Assembly (NCBI GenBank): GCA_004524535.1
Contig: SDNY01000036.1
Location: 1-31,372, forward strand
DNA: 31,372 nucleotides
From: Promethearchaeota archaeon
GTDB taxonomy: Archaea > Asgardarchaeota > Lokiarchaeia > Sigyniarchaeales > SOKP01
Reading direction: 5' to 3'
Positions 8,560 to 17,346 of this stretch are shown in pieces. The first letter of the stretch is position 1. Every line of letters begins with the position of its first letter. Position numbers and translations under genes: made by a program. Below the pieces are notes generated by a model. The model worked only from the letters and a program-made list of their open reading frames with translations. It was not told where the DNA came from and did not search any database.

Positions 8560-9876
8560 ATGACTGAAGAAAAGGAAAAACTTTACAAACATTCATACTT
8601 ATCTCTTTTTTCCGTTAACTATTTTATCCAAGGAACAGTAACCAGCGTTTTTGCCGTTATTATTCCTATCTATTTACTAATGTTAATTGCCAATACTGGA
8701 GCAGCTATTACTGCCTCGGATATAGCATTCATAGCAACAATAGTAATGATTCCTTGGTCAATTAAACTATTTTTCGGAATTTTAACAGATAAATATGGTA
8801 TGGAACAAGTGGGTAGAAGAAGACCATGGATATTATTTCCTATTATTGTAGCGGGGATTGTTTGGATTGTATTGCCTTTTTTAATTACACCCAATAATGC
8901 TATTATGGTTTTTATAATTGCTGGGCTAATAATAACTACTGGTACTGCATTATCTGATACAGCATTAGACGGACTTATCATAGATATTGTTCCTAAAGAA
9001 CAACTGGGAAGCGTTCAAGGTACCTGTTGGGGTCTTAGATCTGTCGGAATGATATTTGGTGGACCTCTATTTGCAATATTAATTTGGATTTTTGGTATCC
9101 CCGTAGAGTCTATCTTCATTCTAATGGGAATTTTCATGATAATTGCTGCACTTACTATTATAATAGTTCAAGAACCAAAAACTTATCCCGAAGTAAACGT
9201 GAGAGAACATTTTAAAGGAATGTTCAATAATTCTAAGGATTGGAAAATGTATTCCTTTTCTGCTTTTAACGCTATTATTGATTTTGTAGTTATTGTCTTC
9301 CTTTCATTATATATTTTAATTCAAATGGGACTTGTTTCGGATACTGGAACAGCTCTTGAATTAGAGACAAATGATCCCTCAATATACATGGTTCAAGCAT
9401 ATATAAGCTTTCTTATTAGCATTGGAATTGTAGGAGGGGCAATTGTGGGAGGATTAATGTCAGATAGAAAGAGTCGAAAAAATAGTGTTTACATATCATA
9501 TATATTAGCTACCGCCGCTTTGTTATTGATGCTACTCTCAGCAAATGTGGTTTTTCTATTGGTTATAGGAGTCTTAGTAGGTGCTGGTATGGGATGGCGA
9601 CATTCAAGCTATTCCGCAGTCGCTGGAGAATATTCAAAAGAACATCCTGAAATGGATAGTACATATCTTTCTATTTGTAATTCCTTTTCAAATCTGGGAG
9701 GTGCTTTAGGATTGGTATTTGCGGGAGTTTTCTTTGCTGCAACAGGGGATTACCTTTTAATGTTCTTCTTTCTAGCACTCATCCAAAATATCGGGATTAT
9801 CCCATTCCTCTTAATGCATCCACTCGATTATGAGTTTAAATTAAGGGAAACTGAAGCCTTGAAAAAGAAAGAATAA
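8560..9876 (+). CDS. MFS transporter (AmpG/BT1-like)
   Basis: About 12 hydrophobic segments; PWSIKLFFGILTDKY, GRRRPWI, SDTALDGL, GGLMSDRKSRK. Confidence 0.92.
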   Translation: MTEEKEKLYKHSYLSLFSVNYFIQGTVTSVFAVIIPIYLLMLIANTGAAITASDIAFIATIVMIPWSIKLFFGILTDKYGMEQVGRRRPWILFPIIVAGIVWIVLPFLITPNNAIMVFIIAGLIITTGTALSDTALDGLIIDIVPKEQLGSVQGTCWGLRSVGMIFGGPLFAILIWIFGIPVESIFILMGIFMIIAALTIIIVQEPKTYPEVNVREHFKGMFNNSKDWKMYSFSAFNAIIDFVVIVFLSLYILIQMGLVSDTGTALELETNDPSIYMVQAYISFLISIGIVGGAIVGGLMSDRKSRKNSVYISYILATAALLLMLLSANVVFLLVIGVLVGAGMGWRHSSYSAVAGEYSKEHPEMDSTYLSICNSFSNLGGALGLVFAGVFFAATGDYLLMFFFLALIQNIGIIPFLLMHPLDYEFKLRETEALKKKE

Positions 9877-9910
9877 ATGCTTGAATTCCATATATATTAA
9901 ATAGTTATTA

Positions 9911-9994
9911 TTATTCATTAAGAAATTTTGCGAAACCATACGATGCCATGTTCAATTTTGAATGTCTAATTTCTAAAGTTTCTGATTTACTCAT
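9911..9994 (-). pseudogene. Truncated 5' fragment resembling the N-terminus of a GPH/MelB-type MFS transporter
   Basis: ATG 9994 gives MSKSETLEIRHSKLNMASYGFAKFLNE followed by three consecutive TAA. The SYG-F-x-K-F pattern resembles the start of TM1 in GPH transporters. Confidence 0.45.
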
Positions 9995-10171
9995 AAATAT
10001 GACCAAATTCTTTTTTGCTCTAAAAATAGATCTTATAATTATTTTTCGTTAATACTGTTTTTAAATATTAGTTTCATAAACCATAAGAATAAACGCCAAT
10101 TTTTTTTAAATAGGAACTCCAAACCACTAAAAAAATGTTATTTTTTAGTTGAAATTTATAATTAAATGGAA

Positions 10172-10606
10172 TTAAACATATTTAGTTAAAAATTTTGCAA
10201 CGTTAAGTAATTTTTTAGATTTTAATTCCATAACTAAACGAACGCATTCTACATCTGCTAATAAAGCATTATCGGATTCTCTAAATATTTTATGAAGGAA
10301 AGTTATTGATTTTTCTCCAATTTCTTTTATCTTCGTTTCTACTGTAATATAATCCCCAAATTTGGCAGATTCTTCGTATGTTATTTCAATTTTTTTAACA
10401 GGAAACACGATGCCACTCTGAACAGCACTTTCAACTGGATTTTCTATAGCACTCATGAATTCTACAAATCCCATATCGAAAAATGACAAGTAATTCTTAA
10501 AGTGTACAACTGACATTAGATCCGTATCATCAACCCTAACTTTAATTTTAACAGTGTCTTTTACACTAAGAATTCTTTTTTTAATTCCTTCTTCCATATT
10601 CATCAT
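10172..10606 (-). CDS. Acyl-CoA thioesterase, 4HBT/YbgC hot-dog family
   Basis: VRVDDTDLMSVVHFKNYLSFFD, IEITYEESAKFGD, IGEKSITF. Confidence 0.9.
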   Translation of the reverse strand: MMNMEEGIKKRILSVKDTVKIKVRVDDTDLMSVVHFKNYLSFFDMGFVEFMSAIENPVESAVQSGIVFPVKKIEITYEESAKFGDYITVETKIKEIGEKSITFLHKIFRESDNALLADVECVRLVMELKSKKLLNVAKFLTKYV

Positions 10607-10685
10607 TAATATCTGGTATTATATATTAATATACTATATAGCTAAAAATTTTAACTTAATAAAAACAAAAAAGTGTCAATAAATC

Positions 10686-10914
10686 TTGAATAAAAAAGAA
10701 ATTATACGAAATTTTACGAATAATTAAAACTCTTGCTTCTAAAAGAGCGCCTATAGGAATGGAGGAGGCTCATGGTGAAAAAAGCTTAGGAATACCTTCA
10801 GCGATAGTGGGAATTCCAACAAAAATCAGTCACAATGTTCCTGAACTTAGCATATTGAGCGGAATTGAAACTACTGATGAATTACTCTTTCAATATCTAA
10901 AGAGCTTGAAATAA
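10686..10914 (+). pseudogene. Internally deleted, frameshifted relic of an M42/M20-like metallopeptidase
   Basis: ILRIIKTLASKRAPIGMEE (N-terminus-like) is joined in frame to GIPSAIVGIPTKISHNVPELS...ETTDELLFQYLKSLK* (C-terminus-like). A 10-bp near-tandem duplication GAAATT(A/T)TAC separates TTG 10686 from the frame. Confidence 0.6.
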
Positions 10915-10922
10915 TTTACTTA

Positions 10923-11948
10923 TTATTGATTAATCAAATTATTTATTATTATTTCGGAAATGTCTCCACCGTATTCTCCAGTCCTCCTTATACTTTCAAC
11001 TATATAACTAACTGCAATTGATAATTCCACATTATTTTGATTCGGTTCAACTGTGATATCTTCACATAATGCTATTAAATCCTTTATTATTTCAATATTC
11101 TCGTTGGCTAAATTAATATCTTTTTGAAGCCAAGCATCTAAGCTCATCATAAGTATTTTTTTTAATGCCATATCACTTGCCTTTGAGATCTTTTCAACTA
11201 ACTGCTTATCAACTTTTTGATCAATTAATTTTTTTACATTTACAGCTATTTTAACTGCGTGATCTCCTATACGTTCTAGAAATTTGCTAAATGATTGATA
11301 TTGATTTGCTTCTTCAAGAGATACACCCATTTTCTGGCATAAAATAATATCTTTCAATACCATATTAGATTGTCTCCCAATTAACCAATGTAATCTATCA
11401 ATATCATTATCTCTTTTAATAACTTCTTCAGCCAATTCTTTATCTCTTGTTTTTAAAGCAGTTATGGCATCTTCATGCATACTTTCTGCAAGAATGTACA
11501 TTCTTCTTATTGTTTTTTCAAATGGCATTTCTTTTGGATTGAGTAAATCCTTGATTAAAATATACTGGTTTGATTCTTCGATAATTTCGGGGCCAATAGC
11601 GATTTGAGTAAAATTCGCAACACAATCTCTTACGAAAGGATCAAATTTTTTACTTGATTTTAATGAAATCTTTGAAAAACCCATTATATAAGCTCCAATT
11701 AAAATTCTAAACAAAAAGTTATAGTCCTTTATATCATCTAAATTAAAATCTTTTACTCTCTGAAGTTCTTCTTTATTTGGATTTGGAGTAATTAGTAAAT
11801 TTCCATCAGGTTGAGATATTATCCCCATTGAATAACCCTTGTAATTTTTATCAATTTTATGGGATTTAATCCAATCAATTGGTAGAGATATAATATAGCT
11901 ACTCCCACCAGTCTTCTGAATTTTTCTAGTTTCGATATTAAACACCAT
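10923..11948 (-). CDS. Archaeal phosphate-uptake regulator (AbrB-like N-terminal domain plus PhoU repeats)
   Basis: ETRKIQKTGGSSYIISLPIDW, IGAYIMGF, DNDIDRL, LERIGDHA, ESIRRTGEY. Divergent from the pst operon. Confidence 0.92.
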   Translation of the reverse strand: MVFNIETRKIQKTGGSSYIISLPIDWIKSHKIDKNYKGYSMGIISQPDGNLLITPNPNKEELQRVKDFNLDDIKDYNFLFRILIGAYIMGFSKISLKSSKKFDPFVRDCVANFTQIAIGPEIIEESNQYILIKDLLNPKEMPFEKTIRRMYILAESMHEDAITALKTRDKELAEEVIKRDNDIDRLHWLIGRQSNMVLKDIILCQKMGVSLEEANQYQSFSKFLERIGDHAVKIAVNVKKLIDQKVDKQLVEKISKASDMALKKILMMSLDAWLQKDINLANENIEIIKDLIALCEDITVEPNQNNVELSIAVSYIVESIRRTGEYGGDISEIIINNLINQ

Positions 11949-11986
11949 ATTATTCTTATTTATTATTTATATATTTTTATAATTTT

Positions 11987-12122
11987 TCTATATTTTATAT
12001 TAATATCTATATATTCTATATATCTCTTATTATTTTAAATTGATTATATCTACCTTTTTATTCACAATTTTCTAATGAGGTTCCCGATATCCTCTATAGA
12101 TTCTATATAGATATAGAATCTA
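11987..12122. promoter_or_regulatory. Candidate operator boxes in the regulator/pstS divergent promoter
   Basis: TCTATATAT twice in tandem at 12006-12023, TCTATAGAT-TCTATATAG at 12093-12110, perfect 12-bp inverted repeat TAGATTCTATAT-ag-ATATAGAATCTA at 12097-12122, and a weaker TCTATATTT at 11987. Confidence 0.55.
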
Positions 12123-12201
12123 AATAATTGACAATAAACTATATCGAAATTCCTTATAATTACATTTAAAATTAAGATAATCAAAAGAATCAAAAAAAAA
12201 A

Positions 12202-13080
12202 ATGAAGATTAAGAAGATTTTAAAATTTTCAATTATTTGTCTCTTAGGTATCTTTTTTGTTATATGGACTATATCAGGCATTTTAGCTAATGAAGGTTGG
12301 TTAGATTTAGAGAATAGTACGAATGAAACATATGAGATTCAAATAAGTGGATCAACAACTTGCCTCCCTATTATATCACAAGCCGCCGATGATTTTATGG
12401 ATATGTATGATAATTACGATATTCGAGTATCTGGTGGAGGCTCAAGTGTAGGTGTTACGCAAGTTGGTGAAGGTACAGCCGATATTGGTATGGCTTCACG
12501 AGATTTGAAAGGCACCGAATTGAGCAAATATCCCGATTTAAAAGCATTTCCATTTGCTTTAGATGGAATAGCACTTATAGTTGATAAAGGGAGTAATGCG
12601 CCTAGCGCTCTTACTATGGTACAATTAGTGGGAGTTTATAACGGAACATATACAAATTGGAATGAAGTAGGTGGTTCTTCAGGTACAATAGTCCTTATGG
12701 GGAGGGATTCAGCCTCTGGAACTCGAGGCAGTTTTGAAGAGATTACAGGATTAGATGATGATGATGATTATAATAATTATAAAGATAATATTCAGGAATA
12801 TAACTCGAATGGAGGGATACATGACGCTGTTGCAGAAAATGAAAATGCAATTGGATATGTTGGTTTAGGGTATGTAGATTCTGATATAGAGGCTGTCGCT
12901 ATCGATGGAGTAGAACCATCAATTGATAGTGTTAAATCACAGACTTACCCAATTTCTCGAGCTTTAAATCTTATCACTGATGATGATCCTGAAGATGAGT
13001 TTTTAGTTTTTATAAATTTCCTTTTTGGACCAGAAGGACAAAAAATTGTTCTCGAAGAAGGTTTCATTACATTATATTAA
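12202..13080 (+). CDS. pstS: Phosphate ABC transporter substrate-binding protein
   Basis: N-terminal hydrophobic anchor; ISGSTT, GGGSSVG, DIGMASR, RDSASGTR, YPISRAL. Confidence 0.96.
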   Translation: MKIKKILKFSIICLLGIFFVIWTISGILANEGWLDLENSTNETYEIQISGSTTCLPIISQAADDFMDMYDNYDIRVSGGGSSVGVTQVGEGTADIGMASRDLKGTELSKYPDLKAFPFALDGIALIVDKGSNAPSALTMVQLVGVYNGTYTNWNEVGGSSGTIVLMGRDSASGTRGSFEEITGLDDDDDYNNYKDNIQEYNSNGGIHDAVAENENAIGYVGLGYVDSDIEAVAIDGVEPSIDSVKSQTYPISRALNLITDDDPEDEFLVFINFLFGPEGQKIVLEEGFITLY

Positions 13081-13106
13081 AAGAGAAATAAAGTCGATTG
13101 TTAAAA

Positions 13107-15074
13107 ATGTCAAAAAACTCAATTTTAGAAGAGGACCAAGAACTTGAATTTATTATTATTGCAGAAAAAGGTACGAAAGATAAAATAATAAAATATTTTC
13201 TTTTTATGTGTGCTTCTATAGCAATAATTTTTATTTTCTTTATAATTTGGTTTCTATTTGCATCAGCAGGTAATTTCTTTCATCATGTTCATTGGGATGA
13301 ATTTCTACTTGAGGATGATTGGGATCCTACAAATGAGGACGAACCAAAATATGGAGCTCTTGCCATAATAGTTGGTACAATATTAGTTACAATTGGAGCT
13401 TTGGTAATAGCAATCCCTTTAGGTATTGGAACTGCAATATTTATTTCTCAAATAGCTCCATCAAAAATGAAAAAATTTCTAAAAGGAGCGGTTGAATTAT
13501 TATCTGGAATTCCATCTATTGTTTTTGGATATTTTGGCCTCATTATTTTAAATGTATGGTTAATGGATACCTTCGAGATAGATTCAGGTAATACGTGGTT
13601 ATCAGGATCAATCATCTTAGCAGTTATGGCACTTCCAACCATCATAAGTGTGTCAGAAGATGCAATCAGCTCTGTACCAGTTGATTATAAAGAAGCCTCC
13701 CTCGCGATGGGGGCCACGAAGTGGCAAACAATCAAAAAAGCAATTTTGCCAGCAGCATTATCTGGTATTATCGCATCGATTATACTAGGAACGGGAAGAG
13801 CTTTAGGTGAAACAATGGCAGTTCTGATGGTGACTGGAAATACAGCAATTGTGCCTGAGCCAATTACTGATATATTTTCATCAATTAGAACTATAACTGC
13901 TACAATAGGTATTGAGATGGGTGAAGTTCCATCTGGAAGTAGACATTATCAAGCCTTATTTGCATTGGCTATAGTTTTATTTATCTTCACATTCGGGATA
14001 AATACAATTGCAACTCTAATTTTGTCACGAATTAGTCAGAAGTCTACAGGTAAACAAAAAAGGAGAAAAATAAACATTAAAATACCTCAAAAAGTTAAAG
14101 ATAACAAGAAGTTAATTTATTATTCAATTTTAATACTATTTTTAACTTGGGTTATTGCATCCTGGATTGGCTGGATCCTTGCTTTAGTAATTTCAATCAC
14201 TATATCTGGACTATTTTTTCTATTTAATAAATCATCTGCAAAAAACCAGCAGAGATTTATATTTAGTTTGATATATTCAGCTGCTTTTATAGTTGTTCTC
14301 GCTTTAGGAATTTTAATTTATTATCTTGTCATAAGAGGACTTCCTGCTATCACTTGGGAATTTTTAACTGAGGGTCCTGATGACTTGGGAAGAAAGGGGG
14401 GGATTTTCCCAGCAATTTTGGGGACATTATTATTAGTTGTTGGAGCTATTTTCTATTCTGTCCCCATAGGGATTGCTGCGGGGATATATTTGGCAGAGTA
14501 TGCAAAAGAAGGAAGGATAACACGGATAATAAGAGCAGCAATAGATAATCTTAATGGTGTTCCATCAATCGTTTTTGGATTATTTGGCCTAGCGTTTTTT
14601 GTCTTTTATTTAGGTTTGGGTATTTCAATGATCGCCGGGCAATTAACTCTCGGATTAATGATCCTCCCAACAATAATTAAAACTACAGAGGAGTCTGTTA
14701 AAAGTGTACCCCAATCAGTTAGGGAAGGAAGTTTAGCACTGGGGTCTACAAAATGGCAAAGTATAAGCAGAGCTGTAATGCCTGCTGCAATCCCAGGAAT
14801 TATTACAGGAATCATTCTTGGGATGGGAAGAGCGGCAGGTGAAACTGCGCCAATCTTATTTACAGCGATGGTATTTCAACAGAGATATTTACCACGATAT
14901 CCAACTGATCCTGTTACGTCGCTGACTTATCATCTCTTTATCTTAGTAACTTCTATACCAGATTCAGAAGCACAGGCTGCTGGTACAGCCCTAGTTTTAC
15001 TAGTTTTAGTGCTCATGTTATATGGTATTGCTATATATATTAGAAATTCTTATCAAAAGAAAATTAAATGGTGA
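13107..15074 (+). CDS. pstCA: Fused phosphate ABC permease PstC-PstA
   Basis: Two permease halves: [12 protein letters not shown] / [12 protein letters not shown] / RALGETMAV, and [11 protein letters not shown] / [12 protein letters not shown] / [11 protein letters not shown] 13107 is preferred to TTG 13098. Confidence 0.95.
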   Translation: MSKNSILEEDQELEFIIIAEKGTKDKIIKYFLFMCASIAIIFIFFIIWFLFASAGNFFHHVHWDEFLLEDDWDPTNEDEPKYGALAIIVGTILVTIGALVIAIPLGIGTAIFISQIAPSKMKKFLKGAVELLSGIPSIVFGYFGLIILNVWLMDTFEIDSGNTWLSGSIILAVMALPTIISVSEDAISSVPVDYKEASLAMGATKWQTIKKAILPAALSGIIASIILGTGRALGETMAVLMVTGNTAIVPEPITDIFSSIRTITATIGIEMGEVPSGSRHYQALFALAIVLFIFTFGINTIATLILSRISQKSTGKQKRRKINIKIPQKVKDNKKLIYYSILILFLTWVIASWIGWILALVISITISGLFFLFNKSSAKNQQRFIFSLIYSAAFIVVLALGILIYYLVIRGLPAITWEFLTEGPDDLGRKGGIFPAILGTLLLVVGAIFYSVPIGIAAGIYLAEYAKEGRITRIIRAAIDNLNGVPSIVFGLFGLAFFVFYLGLGISMIAGQLTLGLMILPTIIKTTEESVKSVPQSVREGSLALGSTKWQSISRAVMPAAIPGIITGIILGMGRAAGETAPILFTAMVFQQRYLPRYPTDPVTSLTYHLFILVTSIPDSEAQAAGTALVLLVLVLMLYGIAIYIRNSYQKKIKW

Positions 15075-15079
15075 TTTTA

Positions 15080-15910
15080 ATGAATATAAAAGTCAAAAAG
15101 AAAACAGATACCAAGATCGATAACGAAATTACTAAATTTCACGAGGAAAATGAGAATCATATAGTGATTGAGTGTAAAAACTTCAATCTATGGTATGATG
15201 AAAACCATGCTTTGAAAAATATTAATATAAATATTAAAAAACACAAAGTGACTGCAATAATTGGTCCTTCTGGATGTGGAAAGAGCACATTAATAAGATC
15301 CTTCAACAGAATGAACGATATTATTGATTGTTGTAAAATAAAAGGGATTGTAAATTTTCATGGTCAAAATGTTTACACTTCTAACTCAAGAGTCATGGAA
15401 ATTAGAACAAGAATAGGTATGATATTTCAAAAACCAAATCCTTTTCCACTTTCTATTTATGATAATATTGCATATGGTCCAAGAGTTCATAAAATACGAA
15501 ATAATAAAAAATTAGACGCAATTGTTGAAAAATGTATCAAAATGGCTTTCTTATGGGAGGAAGTTAAGGATAGATTAAAAGATTCTGCGTTAGGTTTATC
15601 AGGAGGACAACAGCAGAGATTATGTATCGCCAGAGCACTGGCAGTGGAACCAGAAATAATCCTCATGGATGAGCCGACATCATCACTTGATCCAATTGCG
15701 ACGGCAAAAATTGAAGATCTTATTAATGATTTGAAGAAAAAATATAGTATTGTAATTGTGACTCACAACATGCAGCAAGCAGCAAGAATATCTGACTATA
15801 CAGCATTTATGTATCTCGGTGAACTTATTGAATTTGGCAAAACAGACCAGATTTTTGAAAGTCCAAAAAAGAAATTAACAGAAAATTATATAACAGGAAG
15901 ATTTGGTTAG
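15080..15910 (+). CDS. pstB: Phosphate ABC transporter ATPase
   Basis: [56 protein letters not shown] 15070-15074 supports ATG 15080; ATG 15068 is the alternative. Confidence 0.97.
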   Translation: MNIKVKKKTDTKIDNEITKFHEENENHIVIECKNFNLWYDENHALKNININIKKHKVTAIIGPSGCGKSTLIRSFNRMNDIIDCCKIKGIVNFHGQNVYTSNSRVMEIRTRIGMIFQKPNPFPLSIYDNIAYGPRVHKIRNNKKLDAIVEKCIKMAFLWEEVKDRLKDSALGLSGGQQQRLCIARALAVEPEIILMDEPTSSLDPIATAKIEDLINDLKKKYSIVIVTHNMQQAARISDYTAFMYLGELIEFGKTDQIFESPKKKLTENYITGRFG

Positions 15911-15920
15911 AGATTAAAAA

Positions 15921-16577
15921 ATGTCGCAAACAGAATTGCATAAGGAAATTATACAATTAAAGAATGCAGTTTTAGATATGGGAAGATTAGCATTAAGTAT
16001 GCTAGAAAATGCAATCAAATCACTTAATACACTTGATATCGAACTGGCAAAGGAGGTACTCCACATTAAACATCGTATAAGGGATTATGATAATAAAATT
16101 GAAGAAAAAGCATTAAAATTGATTGCGCTATATCAACCAATGGCCATAGATTTAAGAAGACTTGCGTGTATTCTCAAGATGATCACTTACCTAACAAGAA
16201 TTGGTAGGTATGGAAAAGATATTGCTCAAGTAATAAAAAGAGATTTCGATAAAAAAGAAAATCTCCTCAAATTAGTGAATTTACAACATATTTACGAACA
16301 TGTAAGAGATATGATCAATGACGCCCTTAAATCCTTCGATAAATCGGATATTAGCTTAATAAAGGATTTCGAAGAACGTGATAATGAAGTGGATCAACTT
16401 CGATGGGCGATATTTAGAGAATGTATAACGTATATGATGGAAAACCCCAAATATATTACCACATGTGCACATTATATAATGTTTGCACGTTATTTGGAGA
16501 GATGTGGGGATCATGCTTGTAAAATGGCCGAAAAAATCCAGTATATGGTAACAGGTAAACATGTAGAAATCTCATAA
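15921..16577 (+). CDS. phoU: Phosphate signalling/transport accessory protein PhoU
   Basis: ALYQPMAIDLR, LTRIGRY, DNEVDQL, LERCGDHACKMAE, YMVTG. Confidence 0.95.
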   Translation: MSQTELHKEIIQLKNAVLDMGRLALSMLENAIKSLNTLDIELAKEVLHIKHRIRDYDNKIEEKALKLIALYQPMAIDLRRLACILKMITYLTRIGRYGKDIAQVIKRDFDKKENLLKLVNLQHIYEHVRDMINDALKSFDKSDISLIKDFEERDNEVDQLRWAIFRECITYMMENPKYITTCAHYIMFARYLERCGDHACKMAEKIQYMVTGKHVEIS

Positions 16578-16603
16578 ATTAAAATTAAAGTAATTTAAAG
16601 AAA

Positions 16604-17047
16604 ATGGGAAGAAAAAAAAGAATATTATTTATTTGTACTGGAAATTCTGCCCGTTCTCAAATTGCAGAAGGATTAGTAAATCATCTATATATAAATAATT
16701 TTGAAGCCAAGAGTGCTGGAACGAGACCTTCACCTATAAATCCTTATGCTATTAAAGTTATGGATGAAATTGGCATTGATATATCAAATCAACGCTCAAA
16801 ATCTATTGCTGAATTTAATGGGGTTAAATTCGATACTGTAATAACTGTTTGTGATAATGCTAAAAAAGTTTGTCCTTTTTTTCCTGGAGCAAAAGAAATG
16901 ATTCATGCTCCATTTGATGATCCTGCTGCCTTTGAAGGGGCGGATGACCAAATAATAGAGTTTTTTAGAGCTGTAAGAGATCAAATAAAAAAATGGATTA
17001 ACGAGAATTTAATCCATAATAAATTAAAATCAAAAAAAAATAGGTGA
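16604..17047 (+). CDS. arsC: Thioredoxin-coupled arsenate reductase (LMW-PTP fold)
   Basis: P-loop CTGNSARS, resolving pair VCDNAKKVCP, and FDDP acid motif. Confidence 0.88.
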   Translation: MGRKKRILFICTGNSARSQIAEGLVNHLYINNFEAKSAGTRPSPINPYAIKVMDEIGIDISNQRSKSIAEFNGVKFDTVITVCDNAKKVCPFFPGAKEMIHAPFDDPAAFEGADDQIIEFFRAVRDQIKKWINENLIHNKLKSKKNR

Positions 17048-17054
17048 GAATAAA

Positions 17055-17294
17055 ATACCAACTTCAATAAAAGAGATAAAAAGAGGAGAAAATAAAAAGG
17101 AATTATTAGATAAAATTATGCAATTAATAAAAGAAAATAAGGGATATGGTCTTAAATTAAACGAAATAGAATTTCTTTTAAAACTAAAAATGGGAGGTAA
17201 AATGTATTTATACAGTTTTTTACAAGAATTAGTGGAGAAAGAACAAATTAAGAAATCAATTTCAAATGGAACGGAATATTTTTTTAAAGACTAA
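17055..17294 (+). CDS. Small winged-helix-like protein, 79 aa, probable ATA start (absent from the ORF track)
   Basis: Translates as (M)PTSIKEIKRGENKKELLDKIMQLIKENKGYGLKLNEIEFLLKLKMGGKMYLYSFLQELVEKEQIKKSISNGTEYFFKD*. GGTGA 17043-17047 lies 7 nt before ATA 17055. The first ATG (17118) is inside predicted helix 1. Confidence 0.72.
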   Translation: MPTSIKEIKRGENKKELLDKIMQLIKENKGYGLKLNEIEFLLKLKMGGKMYLYSFLQELVEKEQIKKSISNGTEYFFKD

Positions 17295-17346
17295 TTCTTT
17301 ACTTCCAGGCATAAATTAAATTTAGTATGATTAAAATAATAATTAT

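Noticed and set aside
12754-12780. GAT and AAT triplet runs in pstS, plus poly-A tracts (e.g. 1427-1436, 28223-28233)
   Set aside because: The triplet runs encode DDDDDYNNY in frame. Homopolymers are expected in AT-rich intergenic and terminator regions, with no sign of phase variation.
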